A program made the position numbers and the translations under genes. A DNA stretch of 64,000 bases from an uncultured Solirubrobacterales bacterium. GTDB lineage: Bacteria; Actinomycetota; Thermoleophilia; Solirubrobacterales; Solirubrobacteraceae. A model generated the notes under the pieces. That model worked only from the letters and a program-made list of their open reading frames with translations. It was not told where the DNA came from and ran no database searches. Of the stretch, positions 9,289 through 17,360 are shown piece after piece; positions within the stretch are counted from its first letter, which is position 1; the number at the start of each line of letters is the position of its first letter. The DNA lies in the NCBI GenBank assembly GCA_963715775.1, contig OY970274.1:263043-327042 (forward strand), given 5' to 3'.

Positions 9289-10437
9289 TTGGTAAACGAT
9301 TCGGTTCTGCCGACCGGAGTGCGCGGGACCGGTACCCCAGGCGGCGCTCCCAACCCGGCGCCGCTCTCGCCGCGGCAGCTCGGCGTTCTCGCTCGTGCGG
9401 CAACACGCGAGCTTCTCTGGGGGTTGCCGGCGGCAGGGCGTGAGCTTCGTGGATGGCGTATCCGTGCAGTGGGGATACCCGACGAGCAGATCCGTCAGGA
9501 CGCGCTGAGCGCGCTGGATCGTAAGCGCGGTAACACCCATGGCGCTGCGCTGTTCTGGACCTTGCCGCGCGCTCGTGACCCGTGTCTGCTGCGTCTGCTC
9601 GTGACCTACCAGATCATGTGGGACTACCTGGACTGTCTCAGCGAGCACGGTGCCACCGCGGGACAGGCGAATGGCCTGCAGTTGCACCTGGCGCTGGTCG
9701 ACGCGATCGATCCCAGCCGGCCGATTTCCGACTACTACTGTCGTCATCCCTGGCGCGAGGACGGCGGCTACCTGCGTGCCCTCGTTGAGGCGTGCCGGCA
9801 GTGCTGCCGCGAGCTGCCTTCGTTTCAGATGGTTCACCCAGTTCTTACGCGAGAGGCGATGCGCGCGAACGTGCAGGCGATCAACCACGAGCTCGATCCG
9901 GCGATCAGAGAGCGGGATCTTCGAAAGTGGGTCGCACGTGAGTTTTCAGCCGGCCATGAGGTGGAGTGGTTCGAGATGGCCGCGGCGGGTGGCGCCGGTC
10001 TCGCGATCTATGGGCTGTTTGCCCTGGCGGCCGAACCTGTGTGTAGTGAGAAGGATGTCGCTCGGGTCTACCACGCATATTTCCCGTGGACATCGGCTAT
10101 TGCGACGATGCTTGACAGTTATGTCGACGAAGCGGAGGACGCGGCCAACGGCGATCACCGCTATGTCGCGTATTACGGGCAGCCCGAGCGCGCCACACAA
10201 CGTATAGACCAGTTAATACGACGTTGCCTGTATGAGGCTCGTGGCTTCAGGAACGGCGAGAGACACATCTTAATCGCAACCTGCATGGTCGCAATGTACC
10301 TGTCCAAGGACAGTGCACATACCAGCGCGATGAGTGTAAGAACTCGACGACTTGTGGACGCGGGGGGGTCCCTGACCAAGGTCCTGCTCCCAATTCTGCG
10401 GCTGTGGCGGATTGTCTACGCCCAGCGCTCCATGTAA
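9289..10437 (+). CDS. YtpB/DUF2600-family terpene cyclase (tetraprenyl-beta-curcumene synthase-like)
   Basis: EL..W...A..IPD..IR..AL.AL..K, YQIMWDYLDCLSE, DGGYLR.LV..C, LDSYVDEAED...GDH.YV.YY resemble YtpB; start uncertain. Confidence 0.75.
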   Translation: MVNDSVLPTGVRGTGTPGGAPNPAPLSPRQLGVLARAATRELLWGLPAAGRELRGWRIRAVGIPDEQIRQDALSALDRKRGNTHGAALFWTLPRARDPCLLRLLVTYQIMWDYLDCLSEHGATAGQANGLQLHLALVDAIDPSRPISDYYCRHPWREDGGYLRALVEACRQCCRELPSFQMVHPVLTREAMRANVQAINHELDPAIRERDLRKWVAREFSAGHEVEWFEMAAAGGAGLAIYGLFALAAEPVCSEKDVARVYHAYFPWTSAIATMLDSYVDEAEDAANGDHRYVAYYGQPERATQRIDQLIRRCLYEARGFRNGERHILIATCMVAMYLSKDSAHTSAMSVRTRRLVDAGGSLTKVLLPILRLWRIVYAQRSM

Positions 10438-10497
10438 CCCAACCAAGCTGCTCCCCAGGTCAAACCACCCACGTAACAAAATCATAAAGGAGACACG

Positions 10498-11916
10498 GTG
10501 CTGCTCACCAATTCACTATTTTTTATTCCCTCCGGCAGACGCGAGCTTCCACCCACAGTACCGCTTCCGGCCATGTTGCAGACGCCCGCCTGCCGGTGGT
10601 GGCCATTTGAGTTGCTTGAATTGTGTCGTGCGCGTTACGGTGATCGTTTCACTCTCTATCCGATCGACATGCCGCCCCTCGTATTTCTCTCAGACCCACA
10701 GGACATTCGGGCGGTCGTGACCGCGCCCGCGGATGTCCTGCACCCGGGAGCCGCCGGGTCTGTGATGGCGCCGCTGTTCGGGGAGGAATCGTTTGCGGTG
10801 CGCGAGGAAGACGAGCACTGGCACGGACGCAACGCGGTGATACCCGCCTTTCAACATCGTACGGTGCAGGGGTACGCCGCCGAGATCGCCGATATCGCCG
10901 AGACCGAGATCGCGTCGTGGCCGGTCGATGGGGCCTTCCCACTCGCTACGCGCCTGCAGAGCTTGACAATGAGGGTGATGCTGACGATCGTCGTCGGCGA
11001 TCGCGACGATCGGTTCGAGGCGCTGCACGAGGGATTGCTGGGCATGTTGTCGGTGATGGCGAGCTTCGTTCTGCAGGAGCCGCGCCTGCGTCACCTGCCG
11101 GGGTGGCGCGGTACATGGCGCAGGTTCGTGCGCCGGCGCGATGAAGTCGACGCGCTGATCTTCGCACTGATCGAACGGCGACGTCACGAATATCCCGTCC
11201 GCGGAGGCTTGTCCGACAGCCACGACGTCAGCGGCGACCTGCTCGACATGCTGCTCGCCGCGCACAACCTCGACGGCTCGCCGATGTCAGACCGTCAGGT
11301 GCGCGACAACCTCGTGTCCGTGATCATCGCCGGACACGAGACCACGGCCGCGACGCTCGCGTGGGCGTTTCAACTGCTGGCGCACAATCCGGCCGTCCAG
11401 GACCGGCTGGTCGAGGAGATCGACACCGGGTCGGGTGATGAGTACATGGACGCGACGGTCCAGGAGACGCTGCGGCACAGGCCGGCGTTCCTGTTCATTC
11501 CCCCGCGCGCGGTCGCACGACCGATCGAGATCGGCGACTGGACCTATCATCCACCGGTCCAACTGCTCGGCTGCACCTATCTGATGCATCACGACCCGCG
11601 GCTGTACCCCGATCCTCAGACGTTTCTTCCCGAGCGCTTCCTGGAAAGGGCTCCCCCGACGGGCGCTTGGTTGCCTTGGGGGGCCGGTCGCAAGCGCTGT
11701 CCGGGCCGTCACCTCGCGCTCCTGGAGATCCAGACGGTGCTGCGAGAGGCGCTGTCGAGGCGACGAGTGCTGCCCGTGGGCTCAAGTATCGAGCACCCGA
11801 GCTGGCGAAGCGTGATCCTCACACCCCACGACGGGGCGAAGGTCCTCCTGCGCAGACGTCGAGTTCTGACCAGCTCACCACTGATACGGACACACAGCCG
11901 CGGCATTCCAAAGTAG
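10498..11916 (+). CDS. Cytochrome P450
   Basis: I-helix AGHETT, ETLR (ExxR), PERF, heme motif PWGAGRKRCPG; RBS AAGGAG before the GTG. Confidence 0.92.
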   Translation: MLLTNSLFFIPSGRRELPPTVPLPAMLQTPACRWWPFELLELCRARYGDRFTLYPIDMPPLVFLSDPQDIRAVVTAPADVLHPGAAGSVMAPLFGEESFAVREEDEHWHGRNAVIPAFQHRTVQGYAAEIADIAETEIASWPVDGAFPLATRLQSLTMRVMLTIVVGDRDDRFEALHEGLLGMLSVMASFVLQEPRLRHLPGWRGTWRRFVRRRDEVDALIFALIERRRHEYPVRGGLSDSHDVSGDLLDMLLAAHNLDGSPMSDRQVRDNLVSVIIAGHETTAATLAWAFQLLAHNPAVQDRLVEEIDTGSGDEYMDATVQETLRHRPAFLFIPPRAVARPIEIGDWTYHPPVQLLGCTYLMHHDPRLYPDPQTFLPERFLERAPPTGAWLPWGAGRKRCPGRHLALLEIQTVLREALSRRRVLPVGSSIEHPSWRSVILTPHDGAKVLLRRRRVLTSSPLIRTHSRGIPK

Positions 11917-11997
11917 CGTTTTCAGATTAGAAGGATTTCCTTTAGATAAGAATCAAACCTTTCGGAATAGATCATTTGCCAGTCAGAATAGAACGAT

Positions 11998-12513
11998 GTG
12001 CTTGACACGTCGCCCCCCGACCGGGCAGCATGGCGGCGGCGTGAGCGGAGATCTGTATATCGGCTGCGTTCTGTCATCCCGCGTTCCGCATATCCGGAGG
12101 GCGGCAGCCGCGTGCGAGGTCTCGGAGACCGCGAAGTGATCGGGGCGCCGCCGGCCGGACGAGTGGATATCGAGCTCTTCAGGAGTTGGGTGATGCCGTC
12201 GGCCTCGATGTCTTCGGCATCGAGGTCTTCGGTCCGGGAGCTACGGGAGAGAATCGCGGTCTATGGGACGAACGAACTGCCCGAGATGATCGCGATCGTG
12301 CGCGAGGCCGAGATCGCTTGTATGGTCGCCCTCGGCGAGCTCAACCGGCAGATACGGAGCGAACGGGAGCAGACCGCCGCCCAGCGGGGTGAGTGCGACC
12401 TGAGCATCCTGATCTGGGGCGAGGCGGTCGAGCGCTGGAACGGCAGGATCGCGTGGTTGCAGAACGTGCGTCGGTACTTGGAGAAAGAGCAACGGCAGCA
12501 TGAAGATGGTTGA
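11998..12513 (+). CDS. PadR-related protein resembling the C-terminal domain of 4523..5125; DNA-binding domain eroded or absent
   Basis: ELRERIAVYG..ELPEMIAIVREAEIAC...W..R..WL..VR..LE aligns by eye with LRGKLEYV..DLQVVIEAIREQEEAC...W..R..LLKRLRETLE. Confidence 0.55.
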   Translation: MLDTSPPDRAAWRRRERRSVYRLRSVIPRSAYPEGGSRVRGLGDREVIGAPPAGRVDIELFRSWVMPSASMSSASRSSVRELRERIAVYGTNELPEMIAIVREAEIACMVALGELNRQIRSEREQTAAQRGECDLSILIWGEAVERWNGRIAWLQNVRRYLEKEQRQHEDG

Positions 12514-12619
12514 CAAGCCCGATCAGGTACTCGACGAATTGCGCGCGCTGCTCCCGGTCCCGCAGGGTGTTTAGTTTCGGGCAGACCGGTTGTGGAGTTC
12601 CAGTCGGTCCCGGTGTCTT

Positions 12620-12903
12620 CTCCGGACGTCGACCAGTTCGTCGATCGTCCGTCCTCCCCATGTCGCCGCCTGCTCCGCAAGGATTTCGCGAAACGGGAAA
12701 CGCATTCGCCATCAGCCCAGCCCACATCTCAGCGCGGTTGCGGTCCAGCCCCTTGTTCTCGACCAATACCCGGGTCGTCTCGGCTACGAGCTCTTCGCTC
12801 CAGATCAGCTCGAGTGGGCCACCCGTGTTCGCCGCACGACCGAGCAACTCGTGCAGCACGCGAGAAAGATGACGTTCGTGTCGAGAACGGCCTTCGGCGG
12901 CAC
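12620..12903 (-). pseudogene. PIN-domain toxin pseudogene (frameshift plus internal deletion)
   Basis: MPPKAVLDTNVIF shifts frame at a T run (12865-12867) into SRVLHELLG..LIWSEELVAE..NAFP, then jumps to C-terminal REILAEQAATWGGRTIDELVD in a third frame; the acidic catalytic middle is missing. Confidence 0.7.
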
Positions 12904-12975
12904 TACTCGAAGACGCCGGCGTCGTTCATCGTTGCCGCGAATTCATCAAACCGGCGCTTGGCGGACCGGGCCGCT
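12903..12975 (-). pseudogene. 3' remnant of the cognate antitoxin gene
   Basis: ..RSAKRRFDEFAATMNDAGVFE* ends in TAG overlapping the PIN GTG; in-frame stop shortly upstream and no start. Confidence 0.4.
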
Positions 12976-13066
12976 CAACGACAACATCGATCTGAAGGAG
13001 CGTGCAAATGATCGTGATTGGGCGGAGGATGTTCACAAGACGCCACGTAACCGAAGGAGGACCGTA

Positions 13067-13627
13067 ATGCCGAAGCTGATCTACTCGATGACCGCGTCGC
13101 TGGACGGCTACATCGCCGACCCCGATGGCGCGATCGACTGGTCGGTGCCCGACGAGGAGCTGTTTCGGTTCCACACCCGGCATGTGCAGGAAATCGGCGT
13201 GCAGCTCTGCGGACGGCGGCTGTACGAAACGATGACCTACTGGGAGACCGCCGAGGAGGGTTCGCTTGACGCGGATCAGGTCGCGTTCGCCCGGATCTGG
13301 AAGGCCCTGCCGAAGGTCGTGTTCTCGACGACGCTCGAGAGCGTGGTGGGCAACACCCGGCTGGCCACCGGCGGCGTCGGTGAGGAGGTCTCGCGGCTCA
13401 AGGCGCAGCCCGGAAAGGACATCGCCGTCGGCGGCGCCGGCCTCGCCCGCGCGTGCATGGAGCTGGGCCTGATCGACGAGTGGCGGCTGTTCGTCAGCCC
13501 AGTCCTGCTCGGCGGTGGCACGCCCTACTTCCCGATCCTGGACGGCAGGGTTGACCTCGAGCTGATCGAGACGAAGACGTTTGGCTCTCGCGTCGTTTTC
13601 CTTCGCTACAGGCGCGTGCTCGCGTAA
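13067..13627 (+). CDS. Dihydrofolate reductase-like / RibD C-terminal domain protein
   Basis: MPKLIYSMTASLDGYIA, GRRLYE, KVVFSTTL, GGAGLA..LIDE..L.V.PVLLGGG.P.F; RBS GAAGGAGG. Confidence 0.9.
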   Translation: MPKLIYSMTASLDGYIADPDGAIDWSVPDEELFRFHTRHVQEIGVQLCGRRLYETMTYWETAEEGSLDADQVAFARIWKALPKVVFSTTLESVVGNTRLATGGVGEEVSRLKAQPGKDIAVGGAGLARACMELGLIDEWRLFVSPVLLGGGTPYFPILDGRVDLELIETKTFGSRVVFLRYRRVLA

Positions 13628-13633
13628 CGTCCC

Positions 13634-13744
13634 AGCATTGTGCTCAGCGCATCGACGGCCAAGGCGTTCAACGAGGCGCTCGAGCAGCCTGCCCAAGTCA
13701 ACGAGCGCCTGGCGCAAGCCCTCAAACGGACACGTGCACGCTAA
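13634..13744 (+). pseudogene. C-terminal remnant of a DUF1778 (TacA-like) antitoxin
   Basis: SIVLSASTAKAFNEALEQPAQVNERLAQALKR* matches the I.LS....F..AL..P...N..L..AL.R pattern; no N-terminal RHH and no GNAT toxin follows. Confidence 0.55.
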
Positions 13745-13792
13745 TCACAGAGCCTGGCATCGCATCCGGACAGACGGCCATGCTGCACGGCT

Positions 13793-14107
13793 GTGGACGA
13801 TCAGCCCGAGACATCCGAGACCGCCGACCCCGCAGGCGCACGGGTCGTTCTTGACGACGCGCTTTGGCGCGAGAAGATTGTCCGCGACCATCCCGAGATC
13901 GACTCGCACAGGGAGGATGCCTTGCGGGCGGTGTCCACGCCCGACCACGTCGCACCCGATCCGAGCTTCGAGGCCCGCACGCGCTACTACGCGCGGGGCG
14001 TCGGTCCAAGTCGCTGGCTGCTGGTCGTCGTAAGCTATGAACAGACGCCAGCACGGATCGTGTCCGTGTTCGCCAACCGGAAGGACCCCAAGTCATGGAG
14101 CGCGTAA
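13793..14107 (+). CDS. Small RelE/DUF4258-like putative toxin
   Basis: DP.G.RVVL....W..KI...HPEI.....L..V..PD.V......R.RYY.......LLVVV.Y.....IVSVF; overlaps the DUF2283 gene. Confidence 0.5.
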   Translation: MDDQPETSETADPAGARVVLDDALWREKIVRDHPEIDSHREDALRAVSTPDHVAPDPSFEARTRYYARGVGPSRWLLVVVSYEQTPARIVSVFANRKDPKSWSA

Positions 14108-14382
14108 ACATCACCATCGGGCCGCTGACCTTCGACCATGCCGACTACGACACCGAGGGCGACGTGCTCTACCTGCACGTTGGCGAGCCGCAGGCGGGGG
14201 AGGGCGAGGAGACGCCAGAGGGGCATGTCGTGCGCTACGCGCCGGGAACGAACCGGATTGTCGGCCTGACCGTGCTCGGTGCTCGCCACCTGCTGAAGCG
14301 CGACGGCCATCTGGCGGTCACGGTTCCCGAGACTGTTGAGACCACGGCGGAGGCCCTGGCCCCCGCGCTCGCTGCCGTCTGA
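14095..14382 (+). CDS. DUF2283 domain protein (putative antitoxin)
   Basis: DYDTEGDVLYL...EETPEGHVVRY......IVGLTVL. Confidence 0.75.
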   Translation: MERVNITIGPLTFDHADYDTEGDVLYLHVGEPQAGEGEETPEGHVVRYAPGTNRIVGLTVLGARHLLKRDGHLAVTVPETVETTAEALAPALAAV

Positions 14383-14684
14383 CGCGTCTCCTCAGTAGCT
14401 ATTGTGATCCAGCTGCGGAACTTGCCGCGCGATAATTGAACCACAGCAAAACTTGGCTCTAGAAAGGGCTGATCAGTCATTATTAGCACCAATCAGTTCA
14501 AGTTGGTGTCTAGAACGTAGTGAGGAGAAGGGGTAGTTTCGCCCGACGTCGGCCTGAACGCAGCCAAGCGGCCGCCAAGATCGCGCGAAAAGGGTGGCCC
14601 ACGTGCGGAGTCATTGAGAGAGACCAGTTGTGCCAAGGTCTCAGGTTTCCCAGGTTGTTGTTCTGTCCGAAGCTACGTGCTAGA

Positions 14685-14710
14685 GTAACCTTGTAAGCAA
14701 GTAAGCATAA
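14685..14710 (+). promoter_or_regulatory. Three tandem 8-bp repeats overlapping a CATAAT -10; probable RHH operator
   Basis: GTAACCTT GTAAGCAA GTAAGCAT (14685-14708), then GGAG RBS and ATG 14726. Confidence 0.5.
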
Positions 14711-14725
14711 TGGTTTGGAGAAGTC

Positions 14726-15049
14726 ATGAGTGAGCGTACGACCAAGAGCATCCGTATCACCGAGGACGCCCAGCGTCTGCTGCGGCTCGTCGCTGCTTTT
14801 GAGGATCGCACCGAGGGCGCGATCGTTGAGGACGCCCTTGCCGCGTATCTGCAGATCCGCTCCCTCGGCTACGAGAGCGTGCTGCCCGAGGCCCGCGAGC
14901 TCGCGCACACCACGCCCGAGGATGTCGGCGATACCGTCGCCCGGCTTACCAGTGCGATCGAGAACGCGCTCGTCGACGGCCGTCGTGCGCCCAAGCCCGG
15001 TGCGGCGAAGAAGCGCCTGCGCGAGCGTGCCAAGCAGCGTGCCGCCTAG
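14726..15049 (+). CDS. Ribbon-helix-helix-like DNA-binding protein
   Basis: TTKSIRITEDAQRLL..VA..EDRTEGAIVEDALAAYL fits the RHH strand-helix-helix pattern. Confidence 0.6.
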   Translation: MSERTTKSIRITEDAQRLLRLVAAFEDRTEGAIVEDALAAYLQIRSLGYESVLPEARELAHTTPEDVGDTVARLTSAIENALVDGRRAPKPGAAKKRLRERAKQRAA

Positions 15050-15096
15050 CTTGCCGGCGTACGCGCCCCGACCGTAGCTCCCCGTATCTTCCCGAC

Positions 15097-15867
15097 GTGC
15101 TCGAACGATGGTTGACCAGCCGCTGCTGGCACGAGGACGCCCCGGCACTCACAACGGCCCGTGGCGCGATCGTCAAGTTCCTCGAACAGCAGGACCAGCG
15201 TGCTTCGGGGACCGAGCCGTTCGCCGCTGCCGGACGGCCCGACACCTTCACCTACCACTTCGGTAGTGGGCGTGGCGTTCGCTGGCACGACAAGCCACGG
15301 GGCTTGCTCTGGCTGTGCTCATTCGACGATGCGCACGATCGGGGATATGGGCACGCAGCACATCTCCAGCAATCAGGGTTGCTCTATCCCGACATCGAGC
15401 AGCACGCCGCTTTCCCCGCAAGCCCACCGCTGCCATGGGGCACGCACGCCGATGAGGACGCACACGAGTGGGCACAGGCGATCTACGGCGCTTTGGAGAC
15501 GTGGGAGACCAGCAGTGCGCAACTTGCCGGCGGTGAGACGATTAGCTACCCCGCCGCGTTGCACCTCGAGCTATCGAAGGGCCAGGACGAGATTTGGACA
15601 CTCGTCATCCGCAGACGCCTCGCCTACCTGCACACGGGCGCTGAGGAGCGCGAGCGCTGGCTGACGAACGGCGAGATACACGCCGTCTTCCGTCACCTTG
15701 CCGGCCAGCCTGACGAGGACGATTACGAGTTCGAGAACCCGCCCCATCCCCAAGCGTTCCTCTTCACCCAGGTCCATTTCCTCAGCGGAGCGATTCCACC
15801 CGCCGTCTGGCTACGGCAAGTCTGCGATCAGGTCGCCACGGGCACGCAGCCGGCTCTCGTCACCTAA
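15097..15867 (+). CDS. Hypothetical protein, possibly a RelE-like toxin domain plus C-terminal extension
   Basis: 256-aa open frame after the RHH gene; RGVRWHD...LLWLC..DDAHD.GY segment; no confident family; start uncertain. Confidence 0.5.
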   Translation: MLERWLTSRCWHEDAPALTTARGAIVKFLEQQDQRASGTEPFAAAGRPDTFTYHFGSGRGVRWHDKPRGLLWLCSFDDAHDRGYGHAAHLQQSGLLYPDIEQHAAFPASPPLPWGTHADEDAHEWAQAIYGALETWETSSAQLAGGETISYPAALHLELSKGQDEIWTLVIRRRLAYLHTGAEERERWLTNGEIHAVFRHLAGQPDEDDYEFENPPHPQAFLFTQVHFLSGAIPPAVWLRQVCDQVATGTQPALVT

Positions 15868-16163
15868 CGCTGCGGTCTCATTGACATGGGAGTGAGAGAG
15901 CGAGAGGTCCGGCGGAAGGCTCGCGAACCGGACTGGCCTCGTGGTGCCGGGACGTCGATCTCCGGATCGTAAGTATTGATCAACCGACGGCCGGATTAGG
16001 TGGCGATCAGGCGTTGGCTGTGACGGTCGCATACACTAGAACGGCAACCACATTCGGTGGGAGATCTGGCTTGGCCAAGCCGATTCATGCGAGCCCGGAC
16101 TGTCAGTGGGCGTGCGGTTGGAGGGCCAGGGCGAACGTCAAAAACTAGCGATTTGCAGGGAAA

Positions 16164-16727
16164 ATGTCGATCTCGACAAACCAATTCAAAAACGGAAACC
16201 ACATCGACGTTGACGGGACCGTCTTCAAGATCCTCGAGTTCCAGCACGTCAAGCCCGGGAAGGGCGGCGCGTTCGTGCGCACGAAGCTGCGCCGGGCCAG
16301 CGACGGCAACGTGATCGACCGCACCTTCCGCGCCGGGGAGAAGTTCAGATCCGTCAGGACGGAGGCGCGCAGGATGCAGTTCCTGTACGCCGACGGGACC
16401 GACGCGCACTTCATGGACACGGAGTCCTTCGAGCAGATCGCGGTCGCCGAGGGCACCGTCAGCGAGATGCTGCGCTGGACCAAGCCGAGCAGCGAGGTCG
16501 ACGTGCTGTTCATCGACGACGAGCCGGCCGACATCCAGCTGCCGAGCGGGGTCGACCTGGAGGTCACGCAGGCCGACCCGGGGCTGCGCGGCGACAGCGT
16601 CTCCAGCGGCGGCACGAAGCCGGCGACGCTCGAGACCGGCGCGAGCATCCAGGTGCCGCTGTTCGTCGAGGTCGGCGAGCGCATCCGCGTGGACACGCGC
16701 TCGGGCGAATACGTCTCGCGGGCGTAG
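16164..16727 (+). CDS. efp: Translation elongation factor P
   Basis: FQHVKPGKGGAFVRTKL, PGLRGDS, ATLETGA.IQVPLF. Confidence 0.97.
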   Translation: MSISTNQFKNGNHIDVDGTVFKILEFQHVKPGKGGAFVRTKLRRASDGNVIDRTFRAGEKFRSVRTEARRMQFLYADGTDAHFMDTESFEQIAVAEGTVSEMLRWTKPSSEVDVLFIDDEPADIQLPSGVDLEVTQADPGLRGDSVSSGGTKPATLETGASIQVPLFVEVGERIRVDTRSGEYVSRA

Positions 16728-16746
16728 AGGCGGGCGGGCAGGCGGA

Positions 16747-17154
16747 ATGCGGCGCTCGGATCAGCGCAGGGCCGCGGTGGTGGCGCTCTACCAGCACGAT
16801 CTGACCGGCCGGCCTTTGGTCGAGACGCTCGGGCCGAACGCGTCGATCTTCGCGCGCGCGCTCGCCTACGCCGCGGCCGATCGCTCCGAGGAGCTCGACG
16901 AGGTGATCGATCGCCACGCGCACGGCTGGTCGGTGCAGCGGATCCAGCCGCTGGAGCGCAGCATCATGCGCGTGGCCTTGATCGAGATGCTGCACCCAGA
17001 CGTCGCGCCGGCGGATGAGCCGATCCCGGCGGAGGGCGCGATCGAGGAGGCGCTGGAGAGCGCGAAGACGTTCTGCGGCTCGGACGCGCCGGGGTTCGTC
17101 AACGGGGTGCTGGGCGCAGTTTTGCGCGAGGTGCGACAGAATCAACCTATATGA
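16747..17154 (+). CDS. nusB: Transcription antitermination factor NusB
   Basis: RR.AVVALYQ, W...RI..LERSIMR, GFVNGVLG; follows efp. Confidence 0.92.
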   Translation: MRRSDQRRAAVVALYQHDLTGRPLVETLGPNASIFARALAYAAADRSEELDEVIDRHAHGWSVQRIQPLERSIMRVALIEMLHPDVAPADEPIPAEGAIEEALESAKTFCGSDAPGFVNGVLGAVLREVRQNQPI

Positions 17155-17357
17155 GCGGCGTCGAGCACTTGGACAACCTGATCGCGCAGCTGGAGCGCGC
17201 CGCCGAGCAGCTGCGCTCCGGCGAGCTCTCGCCCGATGCCGCGGCGACGATGGTCGAGGACTGCGCTGCCCTGGCGACGCAGGCGGCGACTGAGCTCGAG
17301 CAGCTTGCGCACGCCGAAGCCTTCGCGCCGGCTCCCGGCCAGGACTCACTGCTCTAG
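17151..17357 (+). CDS. xseB: Exodeoxyribonuclease VII small subunit-like protein
   Basis: Short helical protein (L..LE.....L.SGELS.D.A) at the canonical position before ispA. Confidence 0.7.
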   Translation: MSGVEHLDNLIAQLERAAEQLRSGELSPDAAATMVEDCAALATQAATELEQLAHAEAFAPAPGQDSLL

Positions 17358-17360
17358 CCC

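Noticed and set aside
14466-14490. dif-like site: minus strand GGTGCTAATAA matches the E. coli XerC arm at 9 of 11 positions
   Set aside because: The XerD arm (TTATGTTAAAT) is absent; the position reads ATCAGCCCTTT
15861-16001. Integron attC-like site: ACCTAAC at the stop of the 256-aa ORF and ATTAGGT about 135 bp later, in a cassette-like TA-rich island
   Set aside because: The core lacks the G of GTT, the L boxes do not pair, other modules lack such ends, and there is no IntI gene
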